In this document: piece by piece, positions 37,332-47,014 of the stretch | How the letters are laid out: the number at the start of each line of letters is the position of its first letter | Position numbering within the stretch: the first letter of the stretch is position 1 | Assembly: GCA_012728655.1 (NCBI GenBank) | Contig: JAAYEQ010000009.1 | Coordinates: 431-64,430 of the forward strand | Length of the DNA: 64,000 nucleotides | Origin: Syntrophomonadaceae bacterium | GTDB lineage: Bacteria > Bacillota > Syntrophomonadia > Syntrophomonadales > DTU052 | Direction of reading: 5' to 3' | Notes under the pieces: generated by a model | What the model was told of the DNA's origin: nothing | Databases searched by the model: none | The model's input: the letters and a program-made list of their open reading frames with translations, nothing else | Made by a program: the position numbers and the translations under genes

Positions 37332-38495
37332 ATGCCGAAAAAACAGTTTTCAGTACTGGTTATTGCCGCCACCTATATTGGGACCGTGGTCGGCGCCGGT
37401 TTTGCCTCCGGGCAGGAAGTCCTGCAGTTTTTCGGATATTTCGGAAGAGCCGGCCTGGCAGGACTGGCAATTACCGCGGTTCTTTTGTCCGTCTTCGGGT
37501 ATATAATAATGGAACTGGGAAGAAGGCTGGGAGCCGAATCTCACCTTCCGGTAATCCGTTATGCGGGAGGCAGGTGGATCGGCAGTCTGCTGGACTGGGT
37601 GACCACAGCTTTCCTGTTCGGCGGCCTGGTAACCATGGGAGCCGGTGCCGGTGCCATATTCAGCGAGCAGTTCGGACTCCCTTTTATTTGGGGCAGCGTG
37701 TTAATGATTGCTGCTGCGCTTTTCACCGTCCTTTTCGGAATCAGCGGTGTGGTGAGATCCATCAGTTTCGTAGTGCCTCTATTGTTGGCCGCGGTTTTTG
37801 GGGTGGCTGTCTATACCATAGCTACCGATTACCCGGCTTTGCTGGCCACGCTCCGCAGCTATTCGGAACCGTCGAGGGCTCCGCTTCCCTACTGGCCCCT
37901 TACCACCGTCCTTTACGTTTCATATAATCTGGTGCTGGCCATTGCGATTCTTGCCCCCTTAGGAGCCGTATCCGGACCCAACCGTCTGCGAACCGGGGCC
38001 ATCCTGGGAGGTATTGGTTTGGGAATCGGAGCGACCCTTATCAATCTGGCCATTCTCACCCACATCGGACGGGCCGCCTCCTACGAGATACCGATGATCA
38101 TGGTGGCGGGAACTGTTTCTCCCCTGGTAAGAACTGTTTATACCCTGATATTGCTGGCCGAAGTCTATACCACCGCCGTAGGTAGCCTCTATGGTTTTGT
38201 CGCGCGCTTGAGCAAACAGGGTACACCCAAATACCGATATCTGAGCAGCGGAGCGGCAATCCTGGCCCTGGGGCTGTCCCAATTCGGTTTTTCCAACCTG
38301 GTGGGAACCCTCTTCCCCGCAGTTGGTTTCGCCGGACTGTTGATGCTGGCAGCGCTGGCGTTCGCCGTTGTTCGGGGGAAAATCGGGGAATACAGCAAGC
38401 GGGGAATCAAGCCCGTACAGCCCAGTCCATCGCTTACCTTCCACTTGGCTGAGGAAATATCCAAACGCGGCAACAGCCCAGACGACGAAAATTAA
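37332..38495 (+). CDS. YkvI-like polytopic membrane (transporter-like) protein
   Basis: MPKKQFSVLVIAATYIGTVVGAGFASGQEVLQFF is typical of the YkvI family. About 11 TM segments. Start taken at ATG 37332. Confidence 0.65.
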   Translation: MPKKQFSVLVIAATYIGTVVGAGFASGQEVLQFFGYFGRAGLAGLAITAVLLSVFGYIIMELGRRLGAESHLPVIRYAGGRWIGSLLDWVTTAFLFGGLVTMGAGAGAIFSEQFGLPFIWGSVLMIAAALFTVLFGISGVVRSISFVVPLLLAAVFGVAVYTIATDYPALLATLRSYSEPSRAPLPYWPLTTVLYVSYNLVLAIAILAPLGAVSGPNRLRTGAILGGIGLGIGATLINLAILTHIGRAASYEIPMIMVAGTVSPLVRTVYTLILLAEVYTTAVGSLYGFVARLSKQGTPKYRYLSSGAAILALGLSQFGFSNLVGTLFPAVGFAGLLMLAALAFAVVRGKIGEYSKRGIKPVQPSPSLTFHLAEEISKRGNSPDDEN

Positions 38496-38917
38496 CACCT
38501 GGAATAATGAAAAGGCTTGTTGAGTACAGTCTGGATGTGATGCACCTGTCGTCTTGCAGAACTGGAAGAGTCGGTTCTCACCCACACACATAGCGCTTTC
38601 CACCCGCTCCTGGCATCTCCATAGCCCGGTTTTTGTAAGCAGGTGCTCATTTCACACAGCATTGCCCTGCAGCGATATGATATTCCGGCATATCCACCCA
38701 ACAAATCATACGCCGCAAATCGGGCCGGTGCTATAACCGATTGAAATATATATTACAGGAAAATCACACCTCCCGACGGTTCCAACGTATCTTATTCTTC
38801 CTTTGGTCAATTTCTTAACCGCTGATTAAAACATGTTTCATGCATTGTTTTATTCCGACTTATTGTTTACGATATATTCTGTAACAGACATTACAATTCG
38901 TGATTCGAGGTTGAGCA

Positions 38918-39274
38918 TTGAGTTTCAAGGAAATTGGCAGCAAAATTCAACAGGCCCGGGAAGCAAAGGGGCTAAGCCAGAAACAACTGGCCCGTATGGT
39001 GGGTTGCTCGCAATCGGCTCTGTCCAATTACGAGAAGGGCAAGCGTCGGCTCTATCTCTCGCAGTTGGAAGCCATAGCGGAAGCCCTGAACATGCCCCTG
39101 GATTACTTCGTGGAACCGAAACCATCGCCTGACGCTGCCGATGTGAACAATGAAGACAAGGAAGTACTTCGTATGTTGAATGAAATCTATGCCTTGAACC
39201 CGGATGAACGCCGGGAGGTTCTCGATTTTATCATGTACATTCGCTGGCGGCGTCACAAGGGGGGAAATCAATGA
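38918..39274 (+). CDS. XRE-family helix-turn-helix transcriptional regulator
   Basis: IQQAREAKGLSQKQLARMVGCSQSALSNYEKGKR. TTG start 7 nt after GAGG. The stop overlaps the next start (ATGA). Confidence 0.85.
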   Translation: MSFKEIGSKIQQAREAKGLSQKQLARMVGCSQSALSNYEKGKRRLYLSQLEAIAEALNMPLDYFVEPKPSPDAADVNNEDKEVLRMLNEIYALNPDERREVLDFIMYIRWRRHKGGNQ

Positions 39275-40419
39275 TCGGCTTCGATCTTACCCGAGAGCAG
39301 AAGCGGTTGGTTGAAAAAGCCCGCGCCCTCGTAAGGGAGGAAATAATACCTCGAGCACTGGAGATTGACGCTCAGGGCGACGACCGGTTTGACTGGTCGT
39401 TTGCTGAACTGCTGGCAAAGCATAACCTCTTGTGCCCTACCATTCCCAGGGAATACGGAGGACTGGAGCTGAACCACCTTACAACCGCGCTCCTGCTTGA
39501 GGAGATTGCCCAGGGATGTGCCGGCGTCGCCACGGTGTTAAACACCAATATACATGCAGCCAGTCCTATCGTCCTGGCTGGAACCAGGGAACAGAAGGAA
39601 GCCTTCCTTCCCCTCCTTACCTCGTCGCAACCGGCATTGGCGGCTTTTGCGCTCACCGAACCGTCAGCGGGTTCGGACGTGGGAGCCATATCCAGTCTGG
39701 CCGAGCCTGATGGGGACGAGTATGTGATAACCGGTACCAAGGATTATATCCTGAACGCCTCTGTAGCTTCATTTTTTACCGTGTTTGCCTGTGTCACCCC
39801 GATCCGTAACCGCGCTTCCCTTCGCGCTTTTATCATTCCGGCATCCACTCCCGGTCTTACGCTGGGTCGAGTAAGGAACAAGGTGGGAATCCGGTATGCC
39901 AACACCTCCGAAGTATTGTTGGATGGAGTCCGAGTTTCGGCTTACAGCATGGTGGGAGGAAACCGTTCCGGCAGCGGATACCTGTTGCTCACCCAAACCC
40001 TCGATCGCGGTCGCGCCCTGGTAGGTGCGGTGGCGGTAGGCATTGCCCAGGCGGCCTATAACCTGGCATTAAACCATGCGCGGACCAGGATACAGTTCGG
40101 TAAACCCATTGTGAAATATCAGGCCGTATCCTTTGCCCTGGCCGAAATGGCGACCAAGATTGAACTGGCACGTCTGATGACCTGGAAAGCCTGCTGGCTG
40201 ATTGACCGCGACCAGGACCACACCACCGCTTCTTCCATGGCCAAGTGGTATGCCAGCGAAGTAGCCCTGGAAGCAGCCTCCAAGGCGGTTGAAATCCTGG
40301 GGGCAGGCGGCTACATGGCCAATACCCTGGCCGACAAATACTCCCGCGACGCTCGAGTTCTGGCTACCGTCGAGGGAACCAACAACATCCAGAAAGCGAT
40401 CATTGCTTCCCTGCTTTGA
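39271..40419 (+). CDS. acyl-CoA dehydrogenase family protein
   Basis: IPREYGGLEL, LTEPSAGSD, ITGTKDYILN, and the canonical catalytic region ATVEGTNNIQ. Confidence 0.9.
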   Translation: MIGFDLTREQKRLVEKARALVREEIIPRALEIDAQGDDRFDWSFAELLAKHNLLCPTIPREYGGLELNHLTTALLLEEIAQGCAGVATVLNTNIHAASPIVLAGTREQKEAFLPLLTSSQPALAAFALTEPSAGSDVGAISSLAEPDGDEYVITGTKDYILNASVASFFTVFACVTPIRNRASLRAFIIPASTPGLTLGRVRNKVGIRYANTSEVLLDGVRVSAYSMVGGNRSGSGYLLLTQTLDRGRALVGAVAVGIAQAAYNLALNHARTRIQFGKPIVKYQAVSFALAEMATKIELARLMTWKACWLIDRDQDHTTASSMAKWYASEVALEAASKAVEILGAGGYMANTLADKYSRDARVLATVEGTNNIQKAIIASLL

Positions 40420-40765
40420 GCGGCTACTGAATCCCATTGAAGTTTGGCCTTTGAAAAACAGTGGTTCCACCCCCACCAGTGTCAGGATGATTCATAATAC
40501 CGGCCTCAAAGGACTGGTTGCAGCAGACGCCTTTACTCCATCCATGTCCGAATTTTGATGATTAGAACAACTATCGTTTAGCTGTCTGCAGTCGGCTCTT
40601 TTGTCGCCTCTACCAATAGCTTAAATCCTGCAACCCTGTCTCGTGGAAGGATATATAACTCTCAATAATGCCCGAACTTCCCGCGCCCTTTTTCCGAACC
40701 CCCTTTTTTTTTGATTTCAATATGATATCATTAAGATACCAAATAAATGGCGAGGAGAGGAGAAT

Positions 40766-41608
40766 ATGCAAGAACGTTTGGCTTTTAAAATCAATGGTTT
40801 CATGGGTATATTACTAATCCTGGTTCTTTTCCTGGGTGCCGGGTGGCTGTTTTATAACCAGCTTTTCGTTTGGGGAGCCCTTCTGATCGTTATAGCATCA
40901 GTTCTATGCAGCGGCATATCCATTGTCCAGCCAAATGAAGCCAAAGTGGTAACTTTTTTCGGCCGCTATGTCGGCTCAATTAAGGATGCAGGCTTGTGGC
41001 TGACCATCCCGGTTACCATGCGCAAAACGGTTACATTGCGGGTTCGGAACTTTAATACCAAGATGCTTAAAGTCAACGATGTTGAAGGTAATCCTATTGA
41101 GATTGCAGCGGTTATCGTATTCAAGGTAATTGATTCTGCCAAAGCCATTCTTGATGTTGACGATTACAATACCTTTGTGGAGATTCAAAGCGAAACCGCT
41201 CTTCGCCACGTCGCAACCAGGTACCCCTATGACAATTTCAAGGATGAAGGTTATTCTCTGAGGGGCAATGCCGAAGAAATTGCCGACGAACTGACCCGGG
41301 AACTGCAGGACCGTTTGAAGGTCGCAGGAGTCCAGGTTATGGAAGCCCGCCTCACCCACCTGGCCTACGCAACCGAGATCGCCGGGGCTATGCTGCAGCG
41401 CCAGCAGGCGGCGGCCATTTTGGCAGCGCGCAAGATTATTGTCGAGGGTGCGGTAGGGATGGCCCAGATGGCGATCGCCCAGCTTCAGAACGATGGAACC
41501 GTGGAGTTGGACGAAGAACGAAAGGTAGCCATGATCAATAACCTTCTGGTCTCCATCGTATCAGACCGGGCGGCGCAGCCAGTGATCAACACCGGCAGTC
41601 TGTATTAA
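40766..41608 (+). CDS. SPFH domain / band 7 family protein
   Basis: Two N-terminal TM helices followed by an SPFH core ([17 protein letters not shown]...LRVRNF...[19 protein letters not shown]). SD GGAGAGGAG. Confidence 0.88.
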   Translation: MQERLAFKINGFMGILLILVLFLGAGWLFYNQLFVWGALLIVIASVLCSGISIVQPNEAKVVTFFGRYVGSIKDAGLWLTIPVTMRKTVTLRVRNFNTKMLKVNDVEGNPIEIAAVIVFKVIDSAKAILDVDDYNTFVEIQSETALRHVATRYPYDNFKDEGYSLRGNAEEIADELTRELQDRLKVAGVQVMEARLTHLAYATEIAGAMLQRQQAAAILAARKIIVEGAVGMAQMAIAQLQNDGTVELDEERKVAMINNLLVSIVSDRAAQPVINTGSLY

Positions 41609-41620
41609 GCGGGATTCACT

Positions 41621-41824
41621 ATGGCCAAGAAAAAAAGTTTCCCTCTGAGAATCGATCCTCAACTCTACGAGGTTCTGGAGCGCTGGGCAGCCGACGAGTT
41701 TCGCAGCGTGAACTCGCAGATCGAGTTTATCCTGCGCAATGCGGCTTTAAAGGCCGGTCGCCTGCCCCGGGCCAAAACCCGGGAAGAAGACGAAAAGGAT
41801 AAAGAAAACCCTATGCCGGGTTAA
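41621..41824 (+). CDS. Arc-like / ribbon-helix-helix DNA-binding protein
   Basis: KKSFPLRIDPQLYEVLERWAADEFRSVNSQIEFILRNA is an RHH (Arc/MetJ) pattern. 12 nt downstream of the SPFH gene. Confidence 0.6.
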   Translation: MAKKKSFPLRIDPQLYEVLERWAADEFRSVNSQIEFILRNAALKAGRLPRAKTREEDEKDKENPMPG

Positions 41825-41854
41825 AGATGTTGAACAACCGGATAAATCGAGTAG

Positions 41855-41880
41855 GAGGGGGTGGCTAACCCCCTTTCTCT
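41855..41880 (+). terminator. intrinsic terminator after the Arc-like gene
   Basis: AGGGGGT-ggct-AACCCCCT hairpin followed by TTTCTCT. Confidence 0.5.
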
Positions 41881-42237
41881 CACTCCCGTAAGTACCGTTC
41901 GGTCGCAAGGACTTCACGGCAATCTCATCTAACTGCGACCAGCCTCACCTGGGGTTTGTGTTCCTCGGGCCGGAGGTTTCCCGCATGCAGCAATCACATA
42001 TTCTACGGCTTGCGGGAGAGCGACGTTGTGACGAGCCGTTACATCATACCGGCATTGCGGCATGGATGCCGCGTATGCCGGTTGTCCCGCCCAAAGAAAA
42101 ACAAGTTGCGGGGATGTAGGCGAGGAACTCAGGAGCGAGCCGCAAGACGTCGAATATACTTGGCACGTCCAACCATAGACATTTAGTTCATTTAGTTCGG
42201 TTTATGAAAGCCTGGCCTTCCTTTGAAGGACTGTGCC

Positions 42238-43197
42238 TTAGCTTAGCTGCAGGCCAATTTTCCTCAAACGCTGGTAGCGTTGCTCAACCAGATCGGCCGG
42301 GTCCCGGTCTATCAGTTCCCTGAGGTGGAACCTGATTCTCTCCTCCACCGCCCGGAAAGTCTTTTGCGGGTCACGGTGCGCACCTTCCAGGGGCTCGGGG
42401 ATTATCTCATCAATTATTCCCAGATTCAGCAAATCCGTTGCGGTCATCTTCAGTTTCTCCGCCATCTCCTCGGAGCGACCGGCATCATTCAATAAAATTG
42501 ATGCACAGCCGTAGGGTGAAATAACCGAATAGACCGCATATGACAGCATTAAAACCCGGTCGGCCACACCCAGGGCCAGAGCCCCGCCGCTGCCGCCTTC
42601 GCCGATTACCAGAGTGATAATGGGGATGCGAAGGCTTGACATCCGAGCCAGGTTACGGGAAATGGCCCAGGCCTGCCCCCTTTCCTCGGCTCCGGTTCCG
42701 GGGTAGGCTCCCGGGGTGTCAATAAAACAGATAAGCGGACGCCCAAACTTCTCGGCCTGCTCCATGAGCCGATAGGCTTTGCGGTAACCTTCGGGATGAG
42801 CCATCCCGAAATTGCGGTGAAGGTTTTCTTTGGTGTCCTTTCCCTTCTGGTGGCCCAGCACCGTCACCGGGATCCCGTCGAACCAGGCCAATCCCCCCAC
42901 CACCGCCGGATCGTCGGCGTAGCACCGATCCCCGTGCAATTCAATAAAATCCTGGAAGATCGCATTTATGTAATCCAGGGTAAACGGTCGTTCCTGATGG
43001 CGGGCCATCTGGTATATCTGCCATGCGGTAAGGCTGTTATACCTTTCCGCCTGCAATACCCGCACCCTTGCCTCCAGGGCCTCGATCTCCGCCCCCAGGT
43101 CAATATTCTTCTGCAAGGCCAGTGACTTTAGTTCCTCCAACTTGTTTCTCAACTCCAGATAGTCTTTTTCAAATTCCAATGGTCGGGTATAAGTCAC
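42238..43197 (-). CDS. accA: acetyl-CoA carboxylase carboxyltransferase subunit alpha
   Basis: FIDTPGAYPG..AEERGQAWAI..., VIGEGGSGGALA. Confidence 0.93.
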   Translation of the reverse strand: MTYTRPLEFEKDYLELRNKLEELKSLALQKNIDLGAEIEALEARVRVLQAERYNSLTAWQIYQMARHQERPFTLDYINAIFQDFIELHGDRCYADDPAVVGGLAWFDGIPVTVLGHQKGKDTKENLHRNFGMAHPEGYRKAYRLMEQAEKFGRPLICFIDTPGAYPGTGAEERGQAWAISRNLARMSSLRIPIITLVIGEGGSGGALALGVADRVLMLSYAVYSVISPYGCASILLNDAGRSEEMAEKLKMTATDLLNLGIIDEIIPEPLEGAHRDPQKTFRAVEERIRFHLRELIDRDPADLVEQRYQRLRKIGLQLS

Positions 43198-44051
43198 CTT
43201 TCTCTCCCCTTGTGAAACCGCAAAAGCTTGTACAGAAAACCCTTCAGTTCCTCACGGTTGACAATCGCGTCGATCATACCGTGTTCCAAGAGAAACTCCG
43301 ATTTTTGAAAACTTGCAGGCAGCTTCTGCCGTATGGTCTGTTCAATAACCCTGGCTCCGGCAAATCCGATAGTGGCGCCGGGCTCAGCCAGCACAATGTC
43401 GGCCAGGGTGGCAAAGCTAGCGGTTACTCCTCCGGTGGTGGGATGAGTGAGCACCGATATATAAAGGAGACCGCTTCTGGAAAACCGCTCCACCGCAGCA
43501 CTGGTCTTGGCCATTTGCATGAGCGACACCATGCCCTCCTGCATGCGCGCGCCGCCGGAAGCGGTAAACATTACAACCGGGAGCCTGTTTTCCCTGGCAA
43601 TTTCAAAAGCCCGGGCGATCTTTTCCCCGACGGCCAGCCCCATGCTGCCCATCATGAAGCGGCCGTCCATAGCCCCCAGTATTACCTCCTGGCCGTATAT
43701 TGTTCCCTTGCCCGTGACCACCGCCTCCTTCAGCCCGGTTTGCTGCCGAGCCGAGTCCAGCTTCTCCATATAGCCGGGAAATTCCAGCGGATCACCTGAT
43801 ATGAAGTCTGCATCAAGCTCCATAAACCTGTCTTCATCGGTTATAAGCTGTATTCTATCCCAGACCCCCAAAGGGAAGTGGTACCCGCAATCCGGGCAAA
43901 CCATCAAGCGCCTGGCATCATCCTCGTCCGGGAACGGGTTCCCGCACCCGGGGCATCTCTCTCCGTCGAGAGCTTGAACACTCGCGTCCCCTCGCGGTCT
44001 TACCGTTGCATATCTGGTCCTGGATTTGAAACCAAGCCTGTCTTTGAGCAT
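43194..44051 (-). CDS. accD: acetyl-CoA carboxylase carboxyltransferase subunit beta
   Basis: Zn finger CPGCGN...CPDCGYH. SGGARMQEG. Confidence 0.93.
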   Translation of the reverse strand: MLKDRLGFKSRTRYATVRPRGDASVQALDGERCPGCGNPFPDEDDARRLMVCPDCGYHFPLGVWDRIQLITDEDRFMELDADFISGDPLEFPGYMEKLDSARQQTGLKEAVVTGKGTIYGQEVILGAMDGRFMMGSMGLAVGEKIARAFEIARENRLPVVMFTASGGARMQEGMVSLMQMAKTSAAVERFSRSGLLYISVLTHPTTGGVTASFATLADIVLAEPGATIGFAGARVIEQTIRQKLPASFQKSEFLLEHGMIDAIVNREELKGFLYKLLRFHKGRER

Positions 44052-44079
44052 TTAAAACACCTGCCCATCAACTCGGAAT

Positions 44080-44526
44080 TCATTCATCGGCCGCCTTCTC
44101 CAAAGCGAACATGAACTCCCCTTCCGCGACCAGTTCACCTTCCACCAGGGCCCGACCGGAAGCCTTGCCGAAACGGCCGGTCATTTTAATGAGTTCCACC
44201 TCCAGCCGCAGGCTGTCACCGGGGAGCACCATCCGGCGAAACTTCACCCCGTCGATTCCGGCAAAGTAAGCGATTCGGCCCCGGTATTCATCCAGACTCA
44301 GAATAGTGCAGGCTCCTACCTGAGCCAGTGCTTCCAATATCAGCACTCCCGGCATAATCGGATTGCCTGGGAAGTGCCCCTGGAAGAAGGGTTCACCGGC
44401 AGTCACGTTTTTAATCCCTACCGCTCTCCGACCCGGTTCCATCTCAATTATTCGGTCCACCAGCAAAAAAGGATAGCGATGGGGTATGATGGCTTGTATC
44501 TCTCGGCTGTTTAACACTTGTATCAC
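44080..44526 (-). CDS. fabZ: 3-hydroxyacyl-ACP dehydratase
   Basis: [13 protein letters not shown]...[23 protein letters not shown]. Confidence 0.93.
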   Translation of the reverse strand: MIQVLNSREIQAIIPHRYPFLLVDRIIEMEPGRRAVGIKNVTAGEPFFQGHFPGNPIMPGVLILEALAQVGACTILSLDEYRGRIAYFAGIDGVKFRRMVLPGDSLRLEVELIKMTGRFGKASGRALVEGELVAEGEFMFALEKAADE

Positions 44527-45773
44527 CTGTTATGCTCATACTTGCGCACCGCCAGGGCGGCGTTATGTCCGCCAAAGCCCAGCGAATCGGACACCGCAAT
44601 ATTTACTCTCCGCCGCCGGGCCCGATTGGGTACGTAGTCCAGGTCACACGCGGGATCGGGGGTTTTGTAATTGATGGTGGGCGGTATAATGTCGTACTGG
44701 CAGGCCAGAACCGCCGCCATAAACTCAACTGCACCCGCTGCTCCCAGCATATGACCGGTAACGCTCTTGGTAGAACTGATGGCTACCCGGTGCGCATGTT
44801 CTCCCCAAACCTTCTTTATCGCCTGGGTCTCCATGGCATCATTGATCTCCGTACTGGTCCCATGGGCATTGATATAGTCCACGTCCTGCGGGAGTATCCC
44901 CGCATCATCCAGGACCATGGCAAAGGCACGGGCGGCACCCTCTCCTCCCGGATCCGGCTGGACTACGTGATAGGCATCCGCAGTGGTGCTGTAACCGATA
45001 ATCTCAGCGTACACCCGGGCCCCCCTTTCAAGGGCGTGTTCCAGTTCCTCCAGCACTATTACCCCGGCACCCTCACCCATTACAAAACCGTCACGTTCAA
45101 GGTCGAAGGGCCGGCTGGCACCGGTCGGATCATCATTGCGGGTCGACATCGCCTTCATGGCGCAGAACCCCGACATGCCAAGGGGAGTTATCGAGGCTTC
45201 GCTCCCGCCCGCAATCATCGCTATGGCGTCTCCCCGCTGTATAAAACGAAAGGCCTCGCCAATGCAGTTGGTTCCGGTGGCGCAGGCTGTAACCGTACAC
45301 CCATTTGGACCCTTGGCTCCGGTCATGATGGAAATCTGCCCGGAGGCCATATTGCTGATCATCATTGGAACCAGAAACGGGCTGACTGCCGAACCCCCTC
45401 TTGTCAACAGGACTTCATGCTGGTTTTCCATAGTTTCCAACCCGCCGATTCCGGATCCAACCCACACTCCAATTTGAAAGGCATTCTCTGGATTAACTTT
45501 CAGCCCCGAATCCTCCAGGGCTATTCTGGCGGCGGCGCAGGCAAACTGCACAAACCGGTCCATGCGCCGGGAATCCTTCCGACCGATGTAGTCTGTAGGA
45601 TTGAAGTCCAAAACCTGGGCGGCAATCCGGGTAGGGTATTGCGAGACATCAAAACGCTCAATCGGTCTAATGCCGCTTTTTCCTGCAATCAGGTTTTCCC
45701 AGAAGGTGGCTACATCGTTACCCACCGGGCTGATTACACCCATACCGGTGACAACCACTCTTCTCTTTTTCAT
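44523..45773 (-). CDS. fabF: beta-ketoacyl-ACP synthase II
   Basis: [13 protein letters not shown], active-site [19 protein letters not shown]. Confidence 0.93.
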   Translation of the reverse strand: MKKRRVVVTGMGVISPVGNDVATFWENLIAGKSGIRPIERFDVSQYPTRIAAQVLDFNPTDYIGRKDSRRMDRFVQFACAAARIALEDSGLKVNPENAFQIGVWVGSGIGGLETMENQHEVLLTRGGSAVSPFLVPMMISNMASGQISIMTGAKGPNGCTVTACATGTNCIGEAFRFIQRGDAIAMIAGGSEASITPLGMSGFCAMKAMSTRNDDPTGASRPFDLERDGFVMGEGAGVIVLEELEHALERGARVYAEIIGYSTTADAYHVVQPDPGGEGAARAFAMVLDDAGILPQDVDYINAHGTSTEINDAMETQAIKKVWGEHAHRVAISSTKSVTGHMLGAAGAVEFMAAVLACQYDIIPPTINYKTPDPACDLDYVPNRARRRRVNIAVSDSLGFGGHNAALAVRKYEHNR

Positions 45774-45785
45774 TGAGTTCCACCT

Positions 45786-46025
45786 CTACTTTTCCTGCAG
45801 CCGCTTCTCCAGATACTCAACCACATCCTTTACGGTTTTCAGGTCTTCGAACGCCGATTCCGGGATCTGCAGACCGAATTTGTCTTCCAGCTGCATCACC
45901 ATTTCCACGATATCAAGGGAATCAGCCTCCAGATCCTCGACCAATTTGGACTCAAGCGTGATGTCCTCCGGTGCGACATCAAGGATCTCAACGATAATCT
46001 CCTTTACCCCTTCAAATACTGACAC
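45786..46025 (-). CDS. acpP: acyl carrier protein
   Basis: LEADSLDIVEMVMQLE (DSL phosphopantetheine site). 79 aa. Confidence 0.92.
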   Translation of the reverse strand: MSVFEGVKEIIVEILDVAPEDITLESKLVEDLEADSLDIVEMVMQLEDKFGLQIPESAFEDLKTVKDVVEYLEKRLQEK

Positions 46026-46081
46026 TGGACATTACCTCCTTGGTGTTATTAATTGGAGCTGTTATCCGGGTTATTCCCGGG

Positions 46082-47014
46082 TTATTCTGCACCTCTCAGC
46101 TTTTTCAGGACTTCGGTTAAAGTAACGGGGTCCTCAACGTTGCCTATAAGCTGCTGGCGGGATATCTTCTTAACCAGACCGGACAGGGTCTTGCCGGGTC
46201 CGACCTCGATAAAATAGTCAACCTGTGGCGACATATATTCTATTGACTGCTGCCATCTCACCGGGCAGTAGAGCTGCTCCACCAGTCTCTGCTCAAGTTC
46301 TCCGGGATCAAGTTCGCCGGCCGTGACATTGCTGACTACCGGGAAAGACATCTCCCCCCACTCAACTTTCCGCAATTCACTTCGCAGTTCTTCAGCAGCC
46401 TCAACCATCAATCGGGAATGGGAGGGTACGCTGACCTTAAGGGGCATAAAACGTCCGCCGGCCTCCTGCAGGAGCCTTCCTGCTTCCAGCACCGCAGCCT
46501 TTTCGCCGGATATGACTATCTGCTCGGGACAGTTGTAATTGGCTATGCCGACTACACCGGCCGCAGACGCCTTGTTGCAGGCCTCCTCCACGACCTCTTC
46601 CGCCAGCCCCAGAACAGCCGCCATCAATCCCCGCCCTTCAGGGACCGCCTTCTGCATTATCTTCGCCCGCGCGGCCACCAGGCGGACGGCGGTTTCAAGG
46701 TCCAATGCACCTGCCGCCACCAGGGCGCTGTATTCTCCCAGGCTCAATCCGGCTGCCATTTCGGCACGGATCCCTTCCTCTTTCAGCACCTCCCAAACCG
46801 CGATGCTTACGGTGAGCACGGCCGGCTGGGTTATCTCGGTTATGTCCAAATCCGCTTGTTCACCGGCAAAACAGATACTGCTAAGTTTAACCCCCAGAGC
46901 ATCGTCAGCCCGCCTGAAAACCTCACGAGCCGCCTGGAAATCCCGGGCCAAATCCCTGCCCATCCCTATGTACTGGGCTCCCTGACCGGGGAATAGTATC
47001 GCTAGTCCAGGCAC
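46082..47014 (-). CDS. fabD: malonyl CoA-ACP transacylase
   Basis: FPGQGAQYIGMG, GLSLGEYSAL. Confidence 0.92.
   Translation of the reverse strand: MPGLAILFPGQGAQYIGMGRDLARDFQAAREVFRRADDALGVKLSSICFAGEQADLDITEITQPAVLTVSIAVWEVLKEEGIRAEMAAGLSLGEYSALVAAGALDLETAVRLVAARAKIMQKAVPEGRGLMAAVLGLAEEVVEEACNKASAAGVVGIANYNCPEQIVISGEKAAVLEAGRLLQEAGGRFMPLKVSVPSHSRLMVEAAEELRSELRKVEWGEMSFPVVSNVTAGELDPGELEQRLVEQLYCPVRWQQSIEYMSPQVDYFIEVGPGKTLSGLVKKISRQQLIGNVEDPVTLTEVLKKLRGAE

Noticed and set aside
38610-38626. Sigma-54-like element CTGGCATCTCCATAGCC (plus strand) about 300 nt upstream of the XRE-ACAD pair
   Set aside because: The GG/GC spacing is correct but the -12 region is TAGC. By rough estimate, matches of this quality are expected several times by chance in 64 kb on both strands, and this one is distant from the gene.
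41886-42200. Group II intron remnant, tmRNA, RNase P, SRP or 6S RNA identity for the structured region
   Set aside because: The following are absent: GUGYG 5' end, domain V (AGC...GNRA...) hairpin, RT ORF, tRNA-like end with tag reading frame, GGAAAGUCCGG (P4), and the SRP GGAA/AGCA motif. It is kept only as an unassigned candidate.
44532-45776. 414-aa plus-strand ORF exactly mirroring fabF
   Set aside because: Antisense shadow ORF of a highly conserved gene. The translated sequence is Gly/Arg/His/Pro-rich with no motifs.
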